Source: Okamejei kenojei
Lineage: Eukaryota
Assembly (NCBI GenBank): GCA_035221665.1
Contig: CM069169.1
Coordinates: 17,484,001 to 17,548,000 of the forward strand
Reading direction: 5' to 3'
DNA: 64,000 nucleotides
Below the pieces are notes generated by a model, which saw only the letters and a list, made by a program, of their open reading frames with translations, did no database searches and was not told the DNA's origin. This document shows, piece after piece, positions 1-11,389 of this stretch. The position numbers and the translations under genes are program-made. How positions within the stretch are numbered: position 1 is the stretch's first letter; the number at the start of each line of letters is the position of its first letter.

Positions 1-3000
1 CATAGATTGCTAAAGTTGAATTGTAATGCATATACAGTGTATGAAGGGCGTGGTTATTCAGCCATGTATTATGTCCCTCTACTCTTACAGCCTGATGGAT
101 TCCAAACTGGCCACTTTGTACCCACTTGGAAATTGTGCAGGGTAAGAATATTATAAGCAAACAAAAATAGACTGCAAGATTCCAGCATTTGCAGCTTCTT
201 CCTTCTCCACTTTAGTTTACTTTCTAATAGCAGCTCGTAATCAGATCTAAAGTAAAGCTCTTCCTGGTATAAGTGATGAGATCTAATTAAAACAACATTG
301 TTCAGCTGTTTGGTTGTCAGTCAGTTCATTAGATGCTTGGTGCGGAGAAGACAAGGCAAATTATTGACCGTTGAAGTAAAATTCCAAGTTATGCACAAGC
401 TTAGTGTTCACTTGGTGAAAGAAACTGCAGGATGTCTTTGGTGGTAATCACAGCTTCTTCATTTTAAAATCAATGAAGTGCAGAGGATTGGTTCAACACA
501 CATTCTACACTATTACTGATATAACAGGGGATTTTTTTAAATGTATGACTCAATTAAGGTACTTGAACTTTATTTGTTTTTTGCCTGACATTCTTAATTA
601 ATCATCATGGATAGTAAGTCTCTACTGATTGATCAGACATTACGTAGCTGGAAGCTTTCTCCAAACATGATCACAGACAGGAGTGTCAGTATTATAGTTG
701 TACCCCTGAATGTTTCCCACCGTTTGTTAAACTTTATTACAATTCCCGTGACAAGGCTGAATAATGCCCTTTTACAAATGTGGATGAGGGGTAATAAACG
801 CTCACATTTTCCAAACGGTTCAAAGGGTCTGACAAAAGAATGTCTTCACAGAGTTTGAGCAGAGAGGATTTGCAGATCTCACATCCTTGAAATATTATTT
901 AAGGTGACCACAAAGAAGTATGTTTAATGTTTATGGAGTGGCACAGTTGAAGCTACAGAGATAATTGGGTAAATCTGACATCCTTTGTGACAAGAGTTAG
1001 GAGAGGCCTGGCTGAATGTCACTTGCACAGACACATTGTTCTGCCAATAATTTATTTCCCCATCCTGTCTTAAGCTCCCCTCCCAAAAGATTGCCGTTGC
1101 TTTGGCTATGTGTTAGAATGTAGAGGACGTATTTTGTAGCAGATTGTCGTGGAGTGCAGTGCAAGATGGGGGTGTACCTTATGAACAAAGCAGTATGTCT
1201 GTACAATGGTGCAGATTTTTGCAAGAGGCATATTCCCGCATTGTCCTTAAATTAACTCGAGAATTAGGTGTAAACCATGCTGCCTCTTGAACATGGAACA
1301 TCGAACAGCACAACAGGGGAACAGCACCTCCGGCCCACAATATCTGTGCCGAACATGATGCCAAGACCAACTCTTATCTGCCTGCACATAATCAATATCC
1401 CTCTATTCCCTGCATATTTATGGGCCTATGCAAAAGTCTCTTAATTTTTATGCCACTGCCGTATCTGCCCTGACTTTTAGGTTCTTGACTTCTAATAAGT
1501 TGGGGTGTGTTTTGTGAAATAGTTTCAGATAAAGGAGAAAACATGCTTGTTAGTGATTCAAAAGTGATAACATTGAGGTTTAATTTCAATTTTGTATGAA
1601 TTTGATTTGGTTTTTTTAAATCAATCGCAGCAATTATTTCTACAGCTCAGTTTTGGGGGTAACATTTCCTTTGAAGTCAAAACCTGGATCTTTACGTGAA
1701 CAAGGACAATCTGATCTCCCCTCTCCGAATTTGAACCTGCTGATTGCTGCATGGACAAGTGTGCAGTGAGACCGGTCACCAGCCAATACTAATGACACAC
1801 TGCCACCCTCAGGCTTCCATGGGCACTAGCTGTCTTCTTTCACATGTAACCCATGATAGATAACCTTTGCATTGTTTCATAGCAGCTGCTCGTCCTTTGT
1901 TCAAATCATTCATATAATTTAAGTGTATAGAATTTGAGTGGGTATGAAAAACGATTTATAATTTATTAAAATAATATCTTTACAAAAAAAAGTACAGGAT
2001 TTAATTTCATATTAGTCAAGACTGTGCATTCTGAGTCTTACAGCTGAATAATTGAGAGGGAATCATGAAGCTCTCTGTTTGAAGTGAAATCGCCTTTATG
2101 GAGCAGTATGTTTAAGAAAGATGCTGGAAATATCGAAGATAGACAAAAATACTGGTGAAACTCAGCGGGTGAGGCAGCATCTATGGTCCTTCGCTCTGTA
2201 GATGCTGCCTCACCCACTGAGTTTCTCCAGCATTTTTGTCTCCCTTTTATGAAGCAGTAGATGTGTACGGAGCATTTAGAGTAGGATTGTTTAATCACAG
2301 ACACTCTTAATTTCATGGAAGGACCATCATAGCAATGGAAGATAGACACAAAATACTAGAGTAACTCAGCGGGACAGGCAGCATCTCTGGAGAGAAGGAA
2401 TGGGTGACATTTCGGGTCGAGACCCTTCCTCAGAGCAATGGCCTTGGTTGTTTTATCCCCACTCCCCCAAATAGATTGAGGTCACGGAGTCAGTGATAGA
2501 GTCAACAAGTTAGCTTGAGCTGTAATGTGTCAGCTTGATACAGAGCTGTGTCATTTGGACAGTGCAGTATTCACGGAGTTATCTCAATTCCTCAACCACT
2601 CATTTTCTTGCCAAAAGACAATACCTTTTTATTTCAATTTGTTTCTGTTCCTTTCACCTCAATATATTTAATAGTAAATTACAAAATGCTTTATAATTTG
2701 GGAATACATTATTCTGTACAAAGTAATAAATGTTGGTAATCTGCACAACTAGCTAATGCAAGTTCATTTTGCAGCTTATGGTTTCATTCCTACTGGAAGT
2801 TGGTCTCAGTTGAAGCCCACGGAGACTTCTTCAACATTAGAGATGAAATTGTCTTCCAATAATTCAGTAATTTTCATTCTTGCATGATGCTTCCACCTGG
2901 ATGATAAATTTTCCATTCACTTTACATAAATGTGTGGTGGCTGGTGGTCAAATTTGGCAGGTTACAGTGCAGTTTTTCATATGTTTGTTTGTCGAACTTT

Positions 3001-3826
3001 CAAAATTCACAAGCTGAACTCTTTCCATCACCCATTATTCATTTACATTAATTCCAACACGCTGTGGAAACTTTGAGTAAGGAAGTATTTCAGTGCACTC
3101 AGTCTTGTTCAATGCGGAAACCTTATTTGATTTAGCTTATCAGAAATATTCCTTGAAGTTTGCCCTCCACTTTTCATAAAATGTGACATATTTGTACTAA
3201 ACCCAAAAACAAAACCATGGTTAACAATAGATTCAAAACTAATGAGTTCTTGAAGTTTTTTCCCATTTTGGATGTGTCAGTTAGTAATACATCTAATAAA
3301 GGAGCAATATTTAACTTTGCCAAGATGAACATTTGTCATATGAGCAGGACTTGTGTTCCATCCATGAGTAGACCAACCTTCAGGTTCTGTAAGTGGCCAG
3401 AAACGTTACCCCTCATTACTTAATTTCAATTTGTGTGAAACTTTCTTAGTCTTTCAAGGTGGACGTGATGTGTGCTAACTTTCGAAATTTGAAGATAATC
3501 TGACTTATCAGAAGAGATGAGCCTTTTATTTGGCCAAAAGGTTCTTTATAATAAAGTGCTTACCAGTTGAATCATATAAAGTCAAATTTCAGATTTGTAT
3601 TCTAAGGATTCAATTCCCTGATCATCAGTTTTTATTCAGTATTAAAGTATGTGGTCTTTGAATTGATATCCATTTATATGTTTCCAGTGACTAAAATGCA
3701 TTTTAAATATAGAATTCTGCAAACAAACAAAAAATATTTTATTTTTTATCAGTAAACTACCAAATGAATGGTAGGCAAATATGGTCAATAATCTCAATAG
3801 TGCTAGCTTCTATTCTGTGTTTGCAG

Positions 3827-3933
3827 ATGCAATCTACTAAAAACGAAGAGCAGAAGAAACTGCACAAAGCGCAGTCTCAGGATGAATTGGGTAGATCGGA
3901 CTCAATTCGGAAGAGTAACGTCCCAGATGGAAG
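3827..3933 (+). CDS. MYO9A: MYO9A internal tail exon (MQSTKNEEQKKLHKAQSQDELGRSDSIRKSNVPDGR)
   Basis: ttgcag acceptor, AG|GTGAAA donor, phase 0->2; resembles mammalian MYO9A 'EQAKLHKTMSQGEI'; phase fits the next exon. Confidence 0.85.
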
Positions 3934-3991
3934 GTGAAAAAGATAAGAGTGTTTATTTCACATTGGTGCTAATTGGGCAAGATTTGAAGTG

Positions 3992-4120
3992 TGTGGGAAG
4001 GAACTGCAGATACTGGATTAAACCGAAGATAGACACAACATGCTGGAGTAACTCAGTGGGACAGGCAGCATCTGTGGAGAGAAGGAATGGGTGATGTTTC
4101 GGGTCAAGACCCTTCTTCAG
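3992..4120 (-). mobile_element. Penelope-derived short repeat
   Basis: 12-bp TSD AGATTTGAAGTG on both sides. Confidence 0.8.
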
Positions 4121-4167
4121 ATTTGAAGTGCTTCAGGTCATCCTTCAGTCTGCTGCAGAGTGGAACC

Positions 4168-4519
4168 AGACAATAGGTGCAGGAGTAGGCCATTTGGCCC
4201 TTCGAGCCAGCACTGCCGTTCAATGTGATCATGGCTGATCATCCCCAATCAGTATCCCGTTCATGCCTTCTCCCCATATCCCCTGACTCCGCTATTTTTA
4301 AGAGCCCTATCTAGCTCTCTCTTGAAAGCATCCAGAGAACCTGCCTCCACCGCCCTCTGAGGCAGAGAATTCCACAGACTCACCACTCTCTGTGAGAAAA
4401 ACTGTTTCCTTGTCTCCGTTCTAAATGGCTTACTCCTTATTCTTAAACTGTGGCCCCTGGTTCTGGACTCCCCCAACATCGGGAACATGTTTCCTGCCTC
4501 TAGCGTGTCCAAGCCCTTG
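4168..4519 (-). mobile_element. CR1-clade LINE 3' end
   Basis: RTRGHSLRI...FFSQRVVSLWNSLPQRAVEAGSLDAFKRELD C-terminus plus 3'UTR. Confidence 0.88.
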
Positions 4520-5372
4520 TCATCAGTTGTACGTGTTCTTGTAATAGTGATTCAAGGCTGAACAAATTGCAAATATATTCAGGCTGTAGCCACAGCAAAC
4601 TAGATCTATTATTTCTAATTTTTAAATTAAGAAAAAAAGAAAATGTGCTGAGTTTTTAATTTTCTGCCATGTCATCTGGAGGCAAAATGGTTACTCGTAC
4701 GTGTTTCTGTCCAGAACTTTTAAGATTCAGGTGACCAAAACGCACGATGAGTTTCTTTTTTTCCCCTCTGATTTTCTACCTGTTTTGGTTAATGAATCGT
4801 GAGTTGTGCTCCCCACTTAGTTTCCAATTAGTTGTCGCTCAAAGTTTTAATTCAACTGCTGAAAACTAGACATAAAATTCAGGTTACTTAAAACTTTTAA
4901 TCTCACATTTCCAAAGATTCAGTGTTATATAAAAGGGTTTCTGAAAATCCAGCAACATTGATTCAAACCGCTGCCAATATTTTGATGCCTCCAGCTGATC
5001 ACAGGAGTATTTATGATCTGCAGCCATGACCCGCTTTTCAAGTATGTTTATGAGGAAGCTGAAAATCATGACTGAAATGAATAACAAATAATTCAGAATA
5101 AAAGACACAATGCGCTGGTGTAACTCAGTGGGTCAGGTAGCATCTCCGAAGAATGTGGATAGGTGACATTTTGGGTCGGGGGCCCTGCTTCAGTCTGAAA
5201 CGTCACTTATCCATGTTCTCTGGAGATGTCAGCACTTTGTCTTTTTCAGTAAACCAGCATCTGAGGTTCCTTGTTTTCAACAATTCATTCCTGGTTGGAG
5301 TTTACTGTAACGTTTTTTTTTAATCTAAATTCATCAATGTATGTTTTTTTGACATTTGATTTCTAAATGCAG

Positions 5373-5578
5373 AGCTCTGAAGGGTCGAATGAAATTCTGG
5401 GGGAATAAAAAACAGGGAGAAAAGAAATTGTCAAGGGAGAAACTGGCTACTCAGTCAGAACTCCAGGAACTGAGTATGGATCAGGACATACAGTCACCAC
5501 CGTGGTATCAAGAGGTTAAACCGAGTGGAAAATCACTCAGTCTACCACTACCAGAAGGAAAAGACAGTATGTTGAAAG
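5373..5578 (+). CDS. MYO9A: MYO9A tail exon (ALKGRMKFWGNKKQGEKK...)
   Basis: tgcag acceptor, G|GTAAAA donor, phase 2->1; matches mammalian 'AKMRFWAKGKQGEKK'. Confidence 0.88.
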
Positions 5579-7473
5579 GTAAAATAAATAAATAACATTT
5601 AAAACAGTTTTTACCATTTATCAAATACTTGGTGTTTTACAGAAATCCTTCACGATTCTTCATAGATGATTATTGCTATACATCGCAGAAGCAATTTTTC
5701 TTTACTTGTAGCACTTTCACAAGGAAATGTTATGAATATAATTTACATGTTTGGTGGTGTTTGGAAGAGCATTGGCCAGGGCACTAGTTTAACCTGTTTC
5801 CTTTACAGTACCATACAGATTTGTTGCAAACTCATTTGGAAAATTCTGCATATAATATTAATAGATTATTAGCCCATCTTTGGTTGCTGAAGCTTTTGAT
5901 ATCTTCAGCTGCTTACATTCACACGCGGAGACTATATATATGGAGTGTTAATCAATTTTTCCCTTACGATTGTATTTTCATGTGACTGATAGTATTCTGT
6001 ATTTATTCACCGTGAGGCGTATTTCTTAGTGAAGATTGGAAGCACAATGACGATCTTGTTGCCTGAAATTGACAGCTAGATCGTATTGGAAGGAGTGTCA
6101 TGAACCCATTGATTATACATTCATCATGTAACAAAACTTCAACTCAATCATCTCACTCATAATTTGAACCAAAATAATATGGTTCAAATCCCATTCTCAC
6201 CTTAAAACTGTAGCTGCTTGCAGTGTGGCCGCTTGCAGTGTAGCTGCTGCTGCTGGCGCCGTCGATGTCTGCCACGGTGTACTGCTGCACCAAGGCAAAT
6301 TCCTTGTATGTGAATACTTAGCCAATAAACTTATTCATTCTTATTCATTCATATGGTAGAATTGAGTTGCATTCAACCTGCCTTCCACTAAGTTGGGCTG
6401 GACAAGGAAGTCTGAATGAGCTGATCCTCTACATCTGGGAGGCATAGCAAGGTGTCTGAACCCCGCAAATGACAAGGGAAAGGCTAGGGATGGAACCTTG
6501 TTTTGTTAAACAATTTCATGTGATTGATGTGCAGAAACATTTAAAAAACCAAGACTATTTTAAAAATAAAAATTTAAAGTTTAAAAATAAAAAGTACTAA
6601 ATACAAAACACTTGGGAATAACTAAAATAAATGAGAAATATAACCAGGCGTACCTTTAACTAATCTACAGGCTGGGAATCCCCATTTGAATTGAATTGCT
6701 GTTCTTCTGCCAGGTCTGATGGGCATAGGATCTGAAGATGGATTGTGCAGTATAAGGCGTGATTGGGCTTCACTGTTGGCTCTAGCTGGAATGATAGATG
6801 CCCTGTAACACCACAAACTTGCAGCACTTTGAAGAGAAGGGCACAAGCCCGGTCAACTTGATTTGGCCATATATCGTCTCAATATTCAAACAAAATGCCT
6901 TTCATCCCATCTGGGACAGGAGTTAACAGAATCTTAGACTCCTTTAATGTCTGTAACATGGTGCCTTTAATAGATTTAATGTGCCTTTTAAGCCTCAGAC
7001 AATCTCCGCCAACCTCAGGGCACAATTTGCATACTCAGCTCTTAATTTGAATTTAAAAGTGGATCTTAGAATGTTAATTAATGTTACAGTACATCCCCAA
7101 GGAAGTATAAAATCAAAGGGAAGGAATGAAATAAAGTACAAAGTCTCATTTAAAAAAAAGTTATGTAGGTTGGCAATACCACGGGGCAGGTTGCAATGTG
7201 ATGGAAGATGTACTCACTCTGAATGAAAGCACTGCAATGTCAGATTTCGGGCTACTTAGTCAAATGCATTCTCACTTTGAACTATAATTTAGTGTGCATT
7301 TTCAGACTAATTGAACCCAAATGGTTAATTTATTACATTGCAGGGAGAAAATTTTATAGGAATTCGAGGGCCAATTTTTTTTACATGAAGGGTGGTAAGT
7401 GTATGGAACAAACTGCCTGAGGGGTAGTTGAGCCAGAAACTATCTCAAAATGTATGAAACATTCAAATACATG

Positions 7474-7854
7474 AAGATAGACACAAAATGCTCAAGTAAA
7501 CCAGCGGGACAGATAGCATCTCTGGAGAGAAGGAGTGGGTGACGTTTCGTGTTGAGACCCTTCTTCAGACTGATGCCAGGGGAGAGGGAGATACATAGAT
7601 AAGGAAATGTAAGGTGTAAAAATAGGACATAGCGAATGGAGATCAAGGAAAATGTAGACTAGATCATTGTTCGCTGGGAGAAGATAACAACAAAGCAAAC
7701 AGAGACAGTACGACTAGTCGGAGAATTGGGAAGGAGGTGGGATGGAAAGAGAGGGAAAGCAAGGGTTACTTGAAGTTAGTGAAGTCAATGTTAGCTGCCT
7801 AAGTGAAACATGAGGGGCTGTTCTTCTAATTTGCACTGGGCCTCACTCTGACAG
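7474..7854 (-). mobile_element. Penelope-like 3' fragment: GIY-YIG C-terminal remnant plus the common short repeat
   Basis: The - strand reads CQSEAQCKLEEQPLMFHLGS...NIDFTNFK*, homologous to the end of the 44.1-44.7 kb ORF, and continues into the abundant repeat. Confidence 0.8.
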
Positions 7855-8710
7855 AGAGTGACAAGGTTTCTGAGGTTGGTGTAGAAAAGTAGCATTGAGG
7901 TAGAAATTTTGCCATCTTATTGGATGGTGGAGCGTGAGCAAGATGGACTATTCATGTGACAATTTAAATTTTATGTGATTAATATTTTCAAATTTCTTGC
8001 TTTGAATTGAATTTTATATTCCTGGATAACATACTTGTACTCATGGGTGAGTTTGAAAAGGAGTACGGTACATGTACATAAACTCATTGTTTGGTTTAAC
8101 GGGTATATAGAATTGATCGGGACTATTAATGTGGGATTTTATTTTGAATTTGGAAAATTTGAAATTTGACCAAGTTCAACTGATTTTGAAAGATTTATTG
8201 AACTGCAAAAAGAAAATGGAGATTTCTTTATATAATTAATGGCAAAAACTGAAGGCTGAAGAGAACAACAGTTCATATGTTGGGCGTTGAAAAATCTAAA
8301 TATAGCAATAATGAACCCATTGTTCCTGTCCTGATTTGGGGTCCAATAGTAAAGCATGACAACAGAATTAAAGGCATATCTATCCCCGCTGTGATGCATT
8401 TGGTGAGGAATTTAATAAAAGTAGAACTATTTAATAAGTTTAGAGCTTTTCCTATGTTTTCCTCTGGGGATGTACTTGGCCTCCGCTTAGCACAATAAAT
8501 TGAAGCGACCAGTAAAGTTACATAATTAAAACTGGGAGCTCTTGGTGCAATCAATACAGGCAAAAACAATTCCAATATTCTTGTCGCCTAAAGTTCCTGA
8601 ATATATCATTGGGATTGTAACATATATTGAAAGATTGATGAGAAGAAAACAATACTAGATGAGTTTGTTGCAGAGATGAGTTTGGTGATGCTTTTGCTGT
8701 TGTCACGCAG

Positions 8711-8940
8711 GTCAGGCTCCTTCACCTCCGAACCTAACTCCTCCTCGAAGTCCTGATTTAGGAACAGAGGGAGGGAAAGAGTTCAAAGAGAACAGAGAAC
8801 CGTCACCCAAAGTGAAGAGAAGGAGAAGTGTGAAGATCAGCAATGTAGGCCTGGAGCTCTTTCAGTTGCAGCATGACACCTTACAGATCATCACCTGTGC
8901 CAATGATTTCAAGTATATGAATGAATTCCTGCAGAAGAAG
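8711..8940 (+). CDS. MYO9A: MYO9A tail exon (...KEFKENREPSPKVKRRRSVKISNV...MNEFLQKK)
   Basis: cgcag acceptor, AAG|GTAAAT donor, phase 1->0; strong match to MYO9A 'KEFKENKEPSPKAKRKRSVKISNV'. Confidence 0.95.
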
Positions 8941-9202
8941 GTAAATATGAAGCTATATGTTCACCAATATTGGGAGAGGTGGTGCAGTGAGGTGGGATGG
9001 CATCTTTTGTCCCTGGATCCAAGTTTCCATCTAGACCAGACAAAGGCAGGAGGCATTTTATTGTCCTGCATTTGTAAATGAGCTTGGACAATTGCAGGAC
9101 AGTTCATAATGGATTGAGACTGGGCTGGGAGAAGTAAAGAGTTGGGGAGGAGGTATGTTATATGGGCAATGCATTTTACTTTGCATCATAGTACCATAAT
9201 AC

Positions 9203-10279
9203 CAGGCACGTGCCATGAGTAATTACTCAGGGTGGGCACTCAGTCCGCTAAAAAAAAATATTAAACCGCGCATGCGCAGATTGTTCGCTCCGTTAAATAA
9301 ATAAATAAATAAAACCAGTGACATTTCAATTTGCCTAAGGCTTCCTAGTCCTAAACCAATTGGGGGAACAGTTCCTTTCACAGCGTGTGGAGAGTCTGTG
9401 TCAGGGATAAAGTTGTGGGGAGGGCACGAGTGTTGAGAAGGAGGGTGTCGGGAATAATGCCAGAAACTTACTCACTCACCGCTGCCGCAGCTCACCGGGC
9501 GCAAGGCCCCTGCACTGTAGCGGGGGATAGAAGCAACTCGGGTAGCTACGAGCGGCCGCCGGTACCCGACAGCAGAACTGGCCGCCACTTCAGCGCCTTC
9601 TGACGGCCCGCTCACCTTTGGCAGTGCTCTCCGTCGGAACACCTGTCACCTGGTCGTTCGCCGACTTCGCTCATGTCAGCGGCTTCCTGCAAATCCTTAA
9701 ATTCCCACAGCCGAGTAACCTCAATCGCGTTGTCGGAATTTAAGGACATGAGTGAGGCCAGCGAGCGGCAGGAGAGTGGTTTGTAGACGGAGAGCTGCGG
9801 AGGTAAGCGGGGACCGGCAGAAGGAGCTAAGGTGGCGGCTGCTTTCGCATCCGGCCCAGCGGCCGCTCAGCCACCCGAGCTGCTTCCCTCCCCCCCCCCG
9901 GCCTCAATGCGGTGGCATTCCACGCCTCCGTGCAAGGAGCGTCGCAAGTGGCATTATCCCAATCCCCTCATTCATAACATTCGTGCCCTCCCCGCAACCT
10001 TACCCCGGGCCAGACTCCCCAAACACTGTGAAAGGAGCTCTCTTCCCTCCCCCCCCCCTCCCCCCACACTCCGGGTAATACAGTATTTAAAAACATAAAC
10101 ACAAAATGTACTTGCCACATTATTGGTACACAAGTTCCATTCTTCTCTCCTTGTTACCTAACATACACTTAAAATATTGACAAACCATATTTGAAAATCC
10201 CGCCGAGAAACTTGCTCTGCGCATGCGCAGTAGACCGACAAGAAGTGCCTACCTTGCCTACCCTGACGGCACGTGCCTG
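9203..10279. mobile_element. Non-autonomous hAT DNA transposon (MITE-like)
   Basis: Perfect 12-bp TIR CAGGCACGTGCC/GGCACGTGCCTG; perfect 8-bp TSD CATAATAC (9195-9202, 10280-10287); CpG-rich; no transposase ORF. Confidence 0.9.
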
Positions 10280-10416
10280 CATAATACCAAGGCATTGGAA
10301 AATTTTCAATTGCAATGCTGAAAATGTAATTTTCCAACCATGTATAATCTTCTGATAAAATATGGATGTTCTCATGTTAACCATTGTTCACGTCAATACT
10401 TGTATTCTGCTTGCAG

Positions 10417-10533
10417 ATCACTGACCTGGACACTGATGACAGCAAGAAAGATACATTTGTGGATGTAGTTTTCAAGAAATCTCTGAAGGAATTCCGTTTA
10501 AATATCTTTAACTCTTATTCGACAGCTTTAGCG
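10417..10533 (+). CDS. MYO9A: MYO9A exon (ITDLDTDDSKKDTFVDVVFKKSLKEFRLNIFNSYSTALA)
   Basis: ttgcag / GCG|GTGAGT, 117 nt, phase 0-0; near-identical to vertebrate MYO9A. Confidence 0.96.
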
Positions 10534-10865
10534 GTGAGTATAGGCTTTTGGCTTGTTCATAGGGTGAGATATGAAGCAGGAAATAACTGAATGAGTAGTT
10601 TTTGTTGTGGCTCTTGGGTTTTCTGGAATTAACATTTCTTTATTGGTTCAGTGGAACTGCCTGAAATCCTTTCTCTGAATGGTTGTTTTGTGGGGAAAAA
10701 AAACAAATTGAGCTATTAGTGAATCATCAGTGTTCCAGGATGGAGCGACTTGCTTTTCTGCTCTGTGCAGGAGTGATTTATAAAGTGTATGATGTGAGTG
10801 AATTCATGATGGAGTGCTTTGACATCCCGTTCCTTTGTTTAGTTGTAATGTTGTTTCTGCTGCAG

Positions 10866-11054
10866 ATGGACGATGGGAAGAGTATCCGGTACAAGGATCT
10901 GTACGCACTGTTTGAGCAGATCCTAGAGAAGACAATGAGGCAGCAGCGACGGGATTGGAATGAGTCACCTGTCAAAGTGTGGGTCAACACCTTTAAGGTG
11001 TTCCTGGATGAGTTCATGTTAGAACACAAAATCCTGGACAGTGGTACTGGGAAG
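10866..11054 (+). CDS. MYO9A: MYO9A exon (MDDGKSIRYKDLYALFEQILEKTMR...SGTGK)
   Basis: ctgcag / AAG|GTGAGA, 189 nt, phase 0-0; diagnostic MYO9A peptide. Confidence 0.97.
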
Positions 11055-11389
11055 GTGAGATGTTTCAAACATTTTTGTTTTTACTCTGAATGACATTTAT
11101 TTCAGTGGATAACATGGTGAATCAAAGGCCCACAATACAAAGCCCCAGATGTGAAATTAAAACACAAAGTAAGGAAAATGGAGGTCATGTTTATAGATAA
11201 CACTAAGTTTGGTTTTCAAATTTCCTTTGAAAGGAAAGACCGTGGAAGGTAGGGAACTTTGCAGGTGAACATCTTGATGGTGTGTGTACGTGACATGCGG
11301 CATCAGTGGGGGATAGAAAGCATGGGAGATACTTCATAAGCAGCTGAGACCAGAAGAACTACTTTCCTAGTAAAGTAATGGATGGAGGG

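Noticed and set aside
8040-8640. AT-rich segment with several overlapping 73-100 aa ORFs
   Set aside because: No recognisable domain, termini or splice-compatible frame. It may be an old repeat, but I cannot support a call.
9385-10098. GC-rich ORFs of 72-108 aa
   Set aside because: They lie inside the hAT MITE, have no transposase motifs and are explained by GC and poly-C composition.
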